This document shows positions 25,787 through 39,238 of a stretch of DNA of 64,000 bases, piece by piece. The position numbers and the translations under genes were made by a program. The DNA is from Octopus sinensis (Eukaryota). Where the stretch lies: NCBI RefSeq assembly GCF_006345805.1, contig NC_042998.1:159402001-159466000 (forward strand), in the 5' to 3' direction. The notes below the pieces were generated by a model. That model worked only from the letters and a program-made list of their open reading frames with translations, did not search any database and was not told the DNA's origin. Every line of letters begins with the position of its first letter. Position 1 is the first letter of the stretch.

Positions 25787-25990
25787 TAGGCTGGCAGAAT
25801 CGTTAGCACGCCGGGCAAAATGCTTAGCGGCATTTCGTTCGTCTTCACGTTCTGAGTTCAAATTACACTGAGGTCGACGTTGTCTTTCATCTTGGGGTCG
25901 ATAAAATAGGTACCAGTTGAACATTGGAGTCGATTTAATTTACTTAACCCCTTCCTCAAACCTGCTAGCCTCGTGCCTAAATTTGAAACC
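25787..25990 (+). mobile_element. SINE family A
   Basis: gctggcagaatcgttagcacgccgggcaaaatgcttagcgg...ttctgagttcaaatt...; CpGs retained. Confidence 0.9.
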
Positions 25991-26484
25991 ATTATTAATT
26001 TTGCCTGTGTGAGCAGAAGAACAGGCACAGTGAGGAACTGTTTCAGGTAACTAGAAGAGTAGGTAGGTATCGTGTATACTTCTCCAGGAGAAAAGTAGTA
26101 AATAATAAGCCTACTGGGGTTTTTTATCGATAGAATTATTGGTGTAAGGAGCAGTGTGAATCATAACGTCGTTGTATTCACGCTCACTGACCGCCAAACA
26201 GAAAGAGGCATGGAAGTGCGACTATAAAAGGTTGTTGGATGAAAAGACTGCATGAGAGAAGGCTGAACTACTCCACGTGCACTTTAAACTTTGGGGCATC
26301 TATCATATAAGACATATTTTTTTTTAAAAAGCCTCCCCCCACAAATTATTCCAGTTCAAATATGCAAAGTTAGGTCTCCCACAAGTTTTAGTGCACTGAT
26401 AATCATTTTTCCTATATATGCGCTGCTGAAAATGGGGTGCGCCTTATATCGCATCAAACACTGTTGACAGATATACGTTTAAAA

Positions 26485-27630
26485 GAGATATTAAGGATAT
26501 GAAGGCATGGAAAGCTGCTGAACCATCAGAGATAGTTACCGGGATGTTCCAGACTGGGTCGGGTATTCCAGTAATGTGTCATCCCCAGTGACTAGTGCAG
26601 CAGTATCACCGGCAACTGAATCAAGAGCAAAAGATATACTCTAGATGAAGCGACTCCAGGGGTGTTATAATCGACGGACAATGTGAGGAATAGAATTAGC
26701 TTATGGGAGATGTAATGAACAAGCCAGTATACTAAGCATTCGTTGACTCTGGAAAAGACCTTTGACAGGGTTCCACGTTCTGTATCACGGAAGCCGTTAA
26801 TTAAACTAATTTTAGATGAATGGTTTGTGAGAACTATGCAAATCATGTACAGGAACACTAACGTTAACTAAGTGGCGTTGTATATCTAGTAAAGATAGGT
26901 ATCTGTCTGCATAGTGTTCAACTCACTCATTTTATTTCAGTTCTAGCCAAAAGAGAGGAGTTCTAGATTGGCTGTCTGATAGAACTTCAATATAATCCTT
27001 CCTACTATAGTCACAAGGCTTGAATTTTGGGAGTGGGGGATGCTAGTCGATTACATTGACCCCAGTGCTTAACTGGTAGTTATTTTATCAATCCCGAAAG
27101 GATGAAAGGTCGACCTCAGCAGAATTTGAACTCAGAACGTAATGACGGACGAAATGCCGTTAAGCATTTTGCCCGGCACAGTAACGATTCTACCAGCTCA
27201 CCGCCTTATGGAACTTCAATATAGTGACAATCTATTCTCATAGCAAACTCAATTAGTGCACATTTTAGAAGTCCAATATTACATTGCAATGAATGCTGAA
27301 GACGTGCGAAGGCTGGAATAAAACGGAGCGATCATGTTTCATAGGATGTGTAATGGAAGCGTGCATGAATGACGGAGCATAAACGAAGTGAAGGAAAAAA
27401 AATCAGAATGGAATGATCTCATAAAGTGAAAGACAGAAGACCGTGTTGTTACGAACATGTGATACATATGAAGGATGTCAGATAGGTGAAGAAGTCTTAA
27501 GCTACTAACTGGAAAGAACTTGTTGAAGAGGAAGAAGTGGTGAAAGATAACTCAGATGAGAGAGTCTCACGAAAGAGATGACAAGTCATCGTAACCAGTG
27601 GCGAAATGCTGTAGTGGAGAAAACTATGAA
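26485..27630 (+). mobile_element. Degraded RTE LINE, interrupted by a SINE
   Basis: IKDMKAWKAAEPSEIV, KPVY*AFVDSGK..DRVPR, AMNAEDVRRLE, LTKEMTSHRNQWRNAVVEK. Confidence 0.75.
27015..27208 (-). mobile_element. SINE family A nested in the RTE
   Basis: Reverse-complement match to the 25787 copy. Confidence 0.9.
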
Positions 27631-27729
27631 AGCATGAATGCACACAAAAAAAAAACGATGTTAGTAATGAAGTCGTCCGCAGATTTATATGTATAATTAT
27701 GTGTAATGTGTATGTGTGAATATTGAAGT

Positions 27730-28000
27730 TGTTCAACCAGTTTTTGAACTCGGTCGTCGCTGCCTTCCAGTCTATGTCAACAATGGCTGTTAAACCTCTT
27801 CAATTCTTTTTCATTCCCTTCTGAACCTTCAAAACTTCTTTTCCCTATGAACATAAAATCTTTGTTCACCATCATCTTATTCCCAATGTGTCGGACACTT
27901 GACGCCGGTACTCTCTGCCGTGCTTTAATGAATGTATGATATAGTAGATTAAGATAATAGATTGGTCGCTGGCGAATGTTTTTTGTTTGTTTTTATTTGT
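27730..28000. promoter_or_regulatory. Possible promoter/first-exon region at a CpG-decay boundary
   Basis: Non-repetitive, CpG-retaining (ggtcgtcgc, gacgccgg, gccgtg, attggtcgctggcg), immediately followed by CpG-poor DNA. Indirect evidence only. Confidence 0.25.
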
Positions 28001-28714
28001 TGGTTTTAACTTGAGTGTAAACAATGATGGAGTGATGGCGCTTAGGGAAAATGTAGAATTGATAAAGTGTAAAGCAGTGCAGGAACAATCTGGCTACTGG
28101 TGGCCAGATTAATGGAATGTTACTGTATGTACACACACACACACACACATATATATACATATATACACATATATATACATACATATATACACACACACAA
28201 GCACACACACACACACTCACACAGAAACACACACAAAGCTGCCATTTTTATATGTATGCCTGTATTTATATTGCCAATGTGTCATTTTATGTTCTGGAAA
28301 GCAAAATTTCAATAAATAGAGATAAAGTAACCACTTGGTATGATATGATTGATTAACAATTGAAGACAGTGCCTCGGCATAACCACAGTGCGATAACTGA
28401 AACCAGTAAAGGAAATAAAAGTAAAAGAATATATATATTCATATACATATATTGATAATATACAGCCAAAATTGCATGGGTGAACATTCTCAAGAACAGT
28501 TGTTGGCAAGAGATTATCCTGATTCTATTGCCTTCTGGCACCAAGCAGCATGAATCTACATCTCAATGATTAAGGGTTCCTAAAACCTGACTTTTATAAA
28601 GAATCTCCAAATGTAAATTATTCACAAAACCAATGAAGCACAGTAAAATTTTGAAAAGCAATTGAAGCATACATACTGTTTCATTGCCTCTCAAATAGTG
28701 ACTTCTGTAAGATA

Positions 28715-28900
28715 GGACAATAAGTCAGCCTGTACATGGTCATTTCAACTGCTAGAAATATCTGCCAAATTTCTCCCAAAATACATCCAACCATCTTAAA
28801 AAGACTAATGTAATCTTTGTTACAATATGTCTAAAACAAAATTGGATGTTCATAGCTGGAAAGCCTCTGACCATAGATTTGCCCAATAAGGGCTGTCTAA
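28715..28900 (+). repeat. Interspersed repeat family F, CpG-decayed
   Basis: gcctgtacatggtcatttcaactgctagaaatatctgccaaatt. Confidence 0.5.
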
Positions 28901-29199
28901 CTTATAAACTATAATAAATTGTGCAGATGAGGGATTTTTACATCAACTGGTCTTTTTATATCTTTTTTTTGTGTGTGTGTGTGTGTGTGTGTGTTATTCT
29001 ATTTAGAAATGTAACACTTGTTGATCTATGATGAAGCTGATTCTGATTTACCTTGCAAATAGTAGATAATATAGTAGTAATAATAAAGATAATATACTCC
29101 CAGTCCTTTTGAAAGAAACCCTATAAAAATAAAGAATGGTTAAAGAAGCCACTAAACCACACATCTATATAGTGAACTCAAAATTGCTACTGCTAGAGA

Positions 29200-29522
29200 G
29201 TGAAGGCACATGGCTTAGTGGTTAGGGTATTCAACTCATGATCACAAGTTCGTGAGTTTGATTCCTGGCAGCTCTTTGTGTCCTTGAGCAAGACACTTCA
29301 TTTCATGTTGCTCTAATCCACTCAGCTGGCAGAAATGAGTTGTACCTGTAATTCAAAGGTCCAGCCTTGTCACATTCTGAGGCATGCTAAATCTCCTGGA
29401 AACTACATAGAATATTGCATGTGTCTGTGGAGTGCTCAGCCACTTGCACACTAATTTTATGAGCAGGCTCTTCTGTTGGTCAGATCAACTGGAACCCTCA
29501 TTGTCATAACCAACAGCATGCC
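29200..29522 (+). mobile_element. SINE with family C 3' part but a different central domain
   Basis: A box tggcttagtggttag, central tgtgtccttgagcaagacactt, 3' part from tgtacctgtaattcaaagg colinear with 16653-16836. Confidence 0.85.
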
Positions 29523-29644
29523 TGCTTTTTTTGCTGACAGACACCTCCTTCAAATCCAGTTTCTACTGAAGTACACACTTTGTATTCTCCTTGTATCAGG
29601 GTGATGGAGTTAGTAAAATAGCAAACCAAGTGTTTAGCTGCATG

Positions 29645-29790
29645 CCCTTACATTTTAAGTTCAAATATTGCTGAAGTCAGCTTCATTTTCCTTCATTCCA
29701 GGGTTGATCAAATAAAATCCAACCAAACATTGAATATATCTGATTGTTTTCTTCCCCAAAATTGGTTAACTTGTGCCTAAGTTAGAAATC
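29645..29790 (+). mobile_element. Degraded SINE family A
   Basis: ttaagttcaaatattgctgaagtcagc...gggttgatcaaataaa...ttgtgcctaagttagaaa. Confidence 0.6.
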
Positions 29791-30402
29791 TTCATTATCT
29801 GTGAATGACACAGTTATCCCAAGTAAGTTCACTATTTGTGTGATACTTAAACATATGAACACAAATCAGGTGTTTTTTGACACTTCAAGCAATTATGTCC
29901 TGAAAATTGTAAAGAGCTTCATGGCTTCATAAAATAAATGACATGTATGAAACCAATTTCAGAAAATGAGAAATACATAAAGACTGTAATTCTTTATTAG
30001 CAACATTCTGAATACATATTTCTAACCACTATTGTATTACATTCTAGCATCCTTGACCTGATGACCATCATCTTTCTAGAAGCAACAACAATAATCATAA
30101 TGATGAGATTTATTCTATGTATTGTGTGATTTCTCTGCTGCTGGAATTTCTCATGGAAAACAGAAGCTAACATAACTAAATCACCTGATAACAATGACTA
30201 TGACAATAATAGTTCCAATAACAACTATACTCTCAACCACCACCTTTCTCTATTAGATGTGCCATGGTACACAATTTTATACGTGCACACACACACACAT
30301 GCATGTTGTTACCATGCATGGACTTGTTTTCTATTTAAAATTAATTAGGGATTATTGTAATTACATTTTAAGCCTATGAATAAACATTTCTCCATTTGAC
30401 AG

Positions 30403-30452
30403 ATTTCAGATAAACACATCATTGGATGATCAGTCCTATTGCTTTCTGACAA
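30403..30452 (+). CDS. Candidate micro-exon (50 nt), product unknown
   Basis: catttctccatttgacAG acceptor, AA|GTGAGT donor, one open frame (FQINTSLDDQSYCFLT). No homology recognised. Confidence 0.2.
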
Positions 30453-30831
30453 GTGAGTAGCTAGTTAATATGGTTGTCATGCCTTGCTCACCAGTTTTAT
30501 TCTACAAAAGACATGCAACTTAAACAAACTGAACCTGCATCTTAGTGTTGGGTTTCAAGAAGTATTGCTTCTACTTAATAACATATCATTGTTCACATAT
30601 AAGGCTTATTGATTGTATAAAACTCTGAACTATATTTTTAATATTAGACTTGTATTTGTTTGGGCATAATAAATCATTTCTTGATATATGTTTGTTGTTA
30701 AGTTACTGCTACTTCACCCAAGGTCAGAATTGATCAAGCTGATCTATGGGCCAACGGCTTTCCAGCTATACCATCCTTTCTTTAATTCAGGAAATGCTTC
30801 TAAAATTACTTTTTTTATATATATACTAACA

Positions 30832-31050
30832 TTAAGGTAGCAAGCTAGCAGAATCATTACCACACCACAAAAAAAATGTTTGACGGTATTTCTTCCGACT
30901 TTATATTCTAAGTTCAAATGCCGCCAGGGTCAACTTTGCCCATCACCCTTTCAAGATCGATAAAATAAATACCAGTTGAATACTGGGCTCAATGTAATCA
31001 ACTTACCCCTCCACTGAAATTGATGCCCTTCAACCAAAACTTAAAACCAA
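30832..31050 (+). mobile_element. SINE family A, partly CpG-decayed
   Basis: aaggtagcaagctagcagaatcattacc...taagttcaaatgccgccagggtcaactttg. Confidence 0.8.
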
Positions 31051-31114
31051 TATGTACTACCATTTTTAGGATGCAGCATGCCCAATTAATTACAAAGCTC
31101 ATTTTACAATCAGA

Positions 31115-31225
31115 AAATAATCTCAGGTTCAATTCCACAGCATAATATCTCAGACAAGTCTCTTTTACCTTAGCCTTCAGTCAACCCAAGTTTTGTGAGT
31201 GAAAATGAATAGACAGAAACTATAA
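31115..31225 (+). mobile_element. Degraded SINE family B
   Basis: caggttcaattccacagcat...gacaagtctctttta...ttgtgagtg...agacagaaact. Confidence 0.55.
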
Positions 31226-32109
31226 GTCAACCAGATGGATTTTGAGCAAATATGTTAAAGCTCCAGCCTATCAAACAACAATACACTCATTCAATCTGAG
31301 AATTGCATTAAGAGAAATTGTATCCTTGGTATATTTAGCCATTTACATGCCAATTCAGTGAGCTGGGAGTTCAGCTGACCAAACAATTGAATATTCACCA
31401 CTGAAACTAACAAAGATCTATTTATTACTTTTTATTTATAAATACAGAAGGGTGTAATTTAAAGGAGATTTGGCTACTATTTTTAACAGATCAAGGAAAA
31501 ATAGAGAAGCACCTTCATTGGCTCACAATATATGCTTGTGATAATAACATAAAATTTAAATTCTTCAGTTTTGCATTTGTATGGCTTTGGTCATATTATG
31601 CAACCTCTTGTGATGTCCCTAAAACTAATGCCTAAAACATTGCTTGTTGAAGTGATTCTAAATGATACTATTTCATTCACAAACATTCTTTCAGAATGTT
31701 CAAGGGCTAAACAAGCGTGTAAAGTAAAAGTGATTGCAATTCAAATTTGGATCAACTTCTAATCTGTTCATGTTGATTATAGCTGGCAGTTGTAATTCAG
31801 AGCAATTATAATCTTCCAGTTGGCTACATCATTTCTTATTCATAGCTCTTGCTGAAATCACTGTAATAAAAGTACAAAATCAGTTCAAAATACAATACAC
31901 ATACATACATAGAAGCACATAGAAACATATAAATACTGTTTCATATACAAGTGTGCATACCTATATGTATGCATGAATAAATGCATGTAAAAAGTAAGAA
32001 TACACACAGATATGATATATGCACTCAATTTTGTATGTACAAATAGACACATACATGGATAGCTGTCAATAACACATATATATGTATAGCTTAGATATAC
32101 ACACATATA

Positions 32110-32594
<485 letters not shown>

Positions 32595-32595
<1 letters not shown>

Positions 32596-35592
32596 GATTG
32601 ATTGATTCTAGTTTCAGCTTATGAGCTGTGGCCATGCTGGGGCACCGCCATTTGGTGTTGCTACTTGGTTTCACTTCATGGAGACTTCCTAGCAACTGCT
32701 ATTTGGTGCATGAGAGAGTTCGTTGCAGCTGCCCTCATCTGCCCCTCCTGCCGTGAAGTTGGTTCATCTGGGACACCTGACAGGAAGAGATCCAGCTTCA
32801 TTTTAAAGACATCTGTATCCACCCCATGCAGGTCTCTCAGGTTCTTCGGGAGGATATTGAAGAGCTGGGGCCTCGGAAGCCCAGGCTATCACAGAATCTT
32901 GTCCTACATCTTGATGGCAGGTTTGGAGTCCTAGGCACCACGCAGTGGCGCCCAGTTCTGGCATTTGCGTAACTCTCGATGCCAAAGTTCAGGACACTTC
33001 CCTCCAGGATCTTCCAGATGTATATTATGGCATATCTTTCCCGCCTACGCTCCAGAGAATATAATTTTAATCTCTTGAGTCTTTCCCAGTAGCTTACATT
33101 CTGCATAGAGGCTATCTTCTTTGTGTAGCTTCGTTGGATCGCCTCAAGTTCTGTGATCAACTTGACACTGGATGGTGACCATAGCTGAGAGCAATAGTCA
33201 AAGTGGCTTAGGACAAGTGTCTTCCAGAGGACCATCATGGTTTCTTGTTCTCTTGTTCTAAAGGTTCTAAGAATCCATCCAGCCAGCCGTCTACATTTCA
33301 TTGTCAGTTTAGCAACATATACATGAAAGGTCACGTCATCACTCATGTGAATACCCAGGTCACGCACTGATTGTGCCTCTGGGATTGCAATCCCTCCGGG
33401 TCCAGTGTATTCATTGGGTATTGCATTCAGTTTTGCATGCTGATAGTATAAAGCTTGAAACTTTCCAGCATGAACTGCATGCTATTCTTTTCAGCCCACT
33501 TGTATATTTCGTCCAGCTCACATTGCAGGTGTTTAGTGTCCTCAGGGTTCTGTATTGCCTGTGAAACTTTTGTATCATCTGCATAACTTGTGATCGTGGC
33601 TCTCTGCGTGGCTGAGGGCATGTCTGAGAGGGCCATTATGAACAGTAGTGGTCCCAGAACAGTGCCCTGCGGAACACCGCTCACTATTTGTGTGTTAATG
33701 GAGGTGGCCCCATTGGCTACTACCACCTGACTTCTATCCTTCAGAAAGTCATGTAGCCATTCTCCCAGTTTTCCAACTATGTTGAGATCACGCAGTTTGT
33801 GACATATCATTCCATGATCGACTTTATCAAAGGCCTTTGCAAAGTCGAGATATATCACTTCCACATTTGAGTGGTTGAGCAGCCGTTTCAGCACCCAGTC
33901 ATAGTGTTGTAGGAGCTGAGTTAAACAGCTCTCCCTGGTCGGAAACCATGTTGGTGTCGGGCAGCAAGTCATTCTCTTCGAGGAAGGTGATCAGCTTCCT
34001 TCTGACTATTCGTTCCATGACCTTGCTGATGTGTGAGGTCAGAGAGATAGGTCTATAGTTCTTGGCTTCCGCTCTGCTACCTCCTTTATGAATGGGGCAT
34101 ATTTTACCTTCCTTCAGTTTTCCTGGAAGTTTGCCAGCTGCAAGGAAGCTCTGAAAGAGGAACTGCAGTGGTCTTGCTAGGACTCTCTTACATGCTTTTA
34201 GGAGGATTGCCGGGAATCCATCGGGGCCAGTCGCTGAGTCTGTTTTCATTTCATCTATAGCCTTGGTTACATCGTCTCCTTTATATCGATGTAATCTATC
34301 GTCGCCGCCTCTGATTTTATATCTGCAGTGGTAAAAAAGTCAGTTGGATTGGTGATTTGGAGATGCCCAAGGGGTGGAGTGAAAACACTCTTGAATTGCT
34401 CATTCAGTATTTCACTTACCCTCATTGGTTTTCCTGTAAGTGTGCCATCCTTTTCGAGGAGTGGCCCTATTCTACAGTGCACTGTAGCTGTTTCTTTGGC
34501 ATACCTGTAGAAAGCTCTGGGGTTAGATTTTTATGTTTTCTATAGCCCAGGCTTCTTTGTCTGCTCTTTCCTTCTCATGGGAGAGTTGCAGACATTTTTC
34601 GATTTCCAACAGTTTTATTTTTAGGCGGGACTTTTCACTGCTTTCAATCTGTTTGTTTAGGCGATTTGAAAATTTTGTACGCCGTCTCATTAAAATTTTC
34701 CTCTCTCTGGGGATTTTGTTCTTGTGTACAGTGGCCTTTCTCTCTGGGACACATTTGTAGCATATGGCTTGCATTACAGACATGAATTGTTGAAGTTTCA
34801 CGTCGATGTCTGGCGAGGAGAGACATTTAGGCCAGTTTTGTTTGAGGATCTCTTTCTCAATTTGTTTCCAGTTTGCCTTATGGTAGTTCAAGCTGGAAAG
34901 ATTTTGAGGGTTTCTTGTAGGCTGCATGTCCGTGCTCTCTTTTGGCCCGTACATGGTCAGCTCTATCATGTTGTGATCCGAGAGTAGTGTCGGTGTCACT
35001 TTCACATTATGGATGAGATCCATGTCATTTGTGAAGCAGAGATCCAGTGTGTTACCTGCCCGGTTGGTTGGAGTATTACCTGCTCCATGTACAGGGTGTT
35101 GATGAGGTTCAGGAGGGACCTCGCCTGTCCTCGTTCACATCTTGTCATTCCTGGGAGAGAAAGGCCCTCGGGCCATCTGACATTGGGCAGATTGAAGTCT
35201 CCCATAAGAAGCACACCTATGTGTTGTTCTAATGTGGTTAGAATTTCTTCTATTTTTATAAGGCAGTCTTCAAACTTGCCCACATGGCTTGGGGCATCTG
35301 GAGGGCGATATGTAGCACACACAACTACATCAAGTTGCCTAATATGTACAATTAGTGTGTCACACACCGAGTTTGAGTATGACAAGAGGACCTGGGGTGT
35401 GAGGTCCTCACGGATGTACATAGCAACACCTCCATGACTCCTTTCTTTCCTGTCGGTCCATAGTACAGCATACTGTGGTATGTGTAACTCCGCATCTGCT
35501 ATGTCCGGTTTCAGGTGCGTTTCTGTAAGTGCTATGCATAAGGCTTGATTGCATGCAACAAAGTCTCTCAGGAACGGGATCTTTGTCCTGTT
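32595..35592 (-). mobile_element. 5'-truncated CR1-group LINE with near-complete ORF2 (APE endonuclease plus RT), frameshifted
   Basis: APE: [28 protein letters not shown]: ATGPDG, KNYRPISLTS, IYLDFAKAFDKVDH, SGVPQGTVLGPLLF, SYADDTK. 3' tail ggcggtgccccagcatggccacagctc plus (AATC)n. Confidence 0.95.
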
Positions 35593-35595
35593 ATA

Positions 35596-35629
<34 letters not shown>

Positions 35630-35919
35630 CATATATATATACATTATACATATATATACATATATATATATATACACATACATATATACATACTATATAT
35701 ATACATATATATATATACATATATATATACATACATATATATACATATAGATATATACATACATATAATAAATATATATATACAATATATATAACATATA
35801 TATATATATACATATATATATATATCATACATATATATAAATATACATATATATTATATTATAACACATACATATATATATATACATATATATATATACA
35901 TACATATATTATATATATA

Positions 35920-35959
<40 letters not shown>

Positions 35960-36421
35960 ATATACATATATATATACTTACATATATATATACATATAAT
36001 AATTACATATATATATATACATACATATATATACATATACACATACATATATATATACATAAATATTATATATATACATATATATATAATACATAATATA
36101 TATACATATATATTATATATATATATATACATACATATTGTATATATATAATATATATATATAATACATATATATATACATACATGTATTATAACATGTA
36201 TATATACATATTTATATAATACATATATATATATACATACATATATACATGTATATATACATATTTATATATACATATATATATATACATACATATATAC
36301 ATACCAATATATATACCTACATATATATACATCATAATATATATTATATACATACATATATATATACATACATATATATACATATATATCATACATACAT
36401 ATATATACATACATACATATA

Positions 36422-36452
<31 letters not shown>

Positions 36453-36462
36453 CATACATGCA

Positions 36463-36514
<52 letters not shown>

Positions 36515-36545
36515 GATATATAAATATGTATGTATATGTGTACAC
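35592..36545. repeat. Long (TA/TACA)n low-complexity array
   Basis: Seen directly. Confidence 0.97.
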
Positions 36546-36602
36546 ATCATACTACTTACTTTTCTGAGACATATATGTATACACACACACAGACATGTGA
36601 AT

Positions 36603-36733
36603 AGTTGGTTCATGAGAAATTTAGTGGTATACAGCATTTATGTATATCACAAATCCACCATAATGTAATTGCAAGCTAATACCTACCTAACTCAATAAAT
36701 CCTCTATACCACTGAATTTCTCATGAACTGACT
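36603..36733. mobile_element. Small MITE with ~25-bp TIRs
   Basis: gttcatgagaaatttagtggtata / tataccactgaatttctcatgaac. Confidence 0.75.
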
Positions 36734-37053
36734 CTAATAGCAAACTAAAACTTTGATCTAGATCCAATTAAATGTAAAGACCCTTAAATACTACCTTGAT
36801 ATAAAAATAAGAAACAATGGAAACATTTAAACTAGTCCAAGTCCCAAACCAGACAATGGAAGAACTCTAAATAACTCAAACTACAATTGAAGATAAAAAT
36901 CAATAGGATGAAAAACATGAAGCAACACTAAAGAATGTACCAACAGTAACATATAAATTGCAAAACAAATAGCAGAATAACAACAATTTTATCTAAATAA
37001 CATTGATATCATTCCATTCATCTACTACTCCATTTGAAATCATTATGACTTCA

Positions 37054-37097
<44 letters not shown>

Positions 37098-37654
37098 TAT
37101 ATATATACACACATGCAGAGGATCACTCAGTACACAGAATATCATTCATATTTATTTTTACAAAGAGAAAGGATGACAGTGACTCTGAAGTTTCAGCACA
37201 GTTGCCTTTGAGAGAATTGCCAAATGAGCTGAAACTTGAAGTCACTCTAAACCTTTCCCTCGCAACTACATATTTGTCAGGCACACAATGATAGACAACA
37301 GAGTGTTATAGTCGAGTCTGCTGCATGTCTGACAATATATGCCTAGCTTGTGAATAAAAGTGAGAGTGGAGGTACAGCCGTTTGCGTGGTGATTGTGTTT
37401 TATTGCTTAATTTTCAGTCAATTTCTTTATTAACCATGAGGTTGAGAAAAAGAAGGGACGATATGAGGTCAGACAAAACAAACATTGGAGTCAGGGTATC
37501 GAATGAGATGAAACGCATGAATAAACAAACAATTAAAATATATACAATTAAATGAGAATGAGTGATTTACAAAAAATGAAGCAGAGGACGCGATCGACCC
37601 CACAAACCACAGACTCACACTGAAGACTTTGCTGTCTCCTTTTTATATTCTCGT

Positions 37655-38260
37655 TTAAACAGGTTCTTTCACTCGCAACATTCTATCTATAGACTTCCAT
37701 CTTTTACGAAACACACTTTGCGACAGACATTTCTTCTCCAGCCTTATTTTCCGTTTCATGTGGAAAACGAAAAAGTCGATTAGCTCGAGATTAGAGATGA
37801 ACATGCCTGTTGCAATTCCTTTCACTCTCGTCTTCCATACTACCTCTTTTGCAACAGCAACTACCGAGAGAAAACAGGCTCGCTCCTCCCTATTCAGGGA
37901 GGTCGGTAGAACGATTTTAATTACAGATTCGCTCGACAGTTGTACTCTTCTCGAATGCAACAGCAGGTGTTCGGCATAAGCCCAGAGTTCAGTCACCTTG
38001 GGGCATTGCACAATCGCGTCCAGGGACAGTTTCACTGTCCTCTTCGCATCTTGCACAAACGGGCAAAGGCGCGCACCCATGTCTAAAGAGCTTATCTCGA
38101 ACCGGTAAAGCTCCTCTGTAACATTGCCAGGCCAAGGACTTTTGGTAATTATCCATAGGCCCTGGCCCGACTGTTCTTTGGAACAGGTTGGCCAGTTGAT
38201 CTTCGTCAAAGCCTATCATCAACCAATGGAGCAGTCTTCGTGTGTGCTTGTTCTGTTTGA
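37655..38260 (-). mobile_element. L1/Tx1-clade LINE ORF2 C-terminus (zinc-binding region)
   Basis: SLAWQCYRGALPVRDKL...VCARCEEDSETV..AIVQCP..VTELW...AKEVVWKTR...KRKIRLE; zf-RVT-like. Confidence 0.8.
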
Positions 38261-39238
38261 CATGTAAAAGTGGAAGAGGAAGCTAATGGGTGTACGTTTG
38301 TGTGAGTGTGTGTGTGTTCCGCGTGTTCTGTTTTTATGTATTTATGTGTGTGGAATGTAGGCATAAGAACAACAATGTCGCATTTTAAACTTCAGAAAAT
38401 CTTTGCATATTTGTTCTTACCTGCTTCATTTGTGTATGTAAAATCCGTAAATTTCCAAGGAGAAAACGAGATCAACGTTGAAAAATCTGTATTAGTTATA
38501 ATAGTCCATGTTGTGTCTTTTTTAACCACCAAACAGCCGAAATATTGCAACATGCAACAAAGAGCCAAAATATTGCAACATGCATGGAGAAAAGGAATAA
38601 ATGTAAATTAACACTTATTATTAATTAAAGGAAATGCGAAAGAAAGAAATATAAAGGACATTGATTTCTGTTAATTTTAAAGCTAATTTAAACAAGGTCT
38701 GTGGGACTATACAAGAACATGCACACATACACAAGCACAAGAACAAGCGTGCACACAGACGTACACCCATTAGCTGCCACACCATTAGGAGAAATATGGT
38801 AAATATATAAAATATTACAAGCGTTGCTAAAAAAGTACGAAACTAGAATAGAAAAATGCACATGCTCAAAAGGGTTACAGAATGCCATCATAAACTTTAA
38901 AAAATATGGGACTAGCATAGTTGCTCAAAAATAGTGGAATCACAATATGTTGTATATTCTATGGCATCTTTTTATCACAAGAAATTTGTTTATTTTATCG
39001 AAATTAAGTTAAATTATCGTATGCTCAATTTTAACAAAACAATTGTGTACAAATACTAATGTCATCTTTACGCAATATGAATGATAATTTTTATAAATTT
39101 ATAAGTAATCTATCAAAAATAATTTAGCAATAATTTGTTTAATTCGCATAACTATTCCATCAATATATGCATCATAATGCGAGTAATCTTTCTTATAATT
39201 ATTTCGGTTTCGTACTTTCGCTGTTATATAGATTCAAA

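Noticed and set aside
26300-26465. Tc2/pogo-like MITE end (ggggtgcgccttatat)
   Set aside because: No convincing partner TIR.
27760-27790. In-frame TGA after Cys on the minus strand (possible selenocysteine)
   Set aside because: No selenoprotein motif or SECIS found; chance stop is more likely.
37178-37345. H/ACA snoRNA interpretation of the twin hairpins
   Set aside because: No ANANNA hinge or terminal ACA on either strand.
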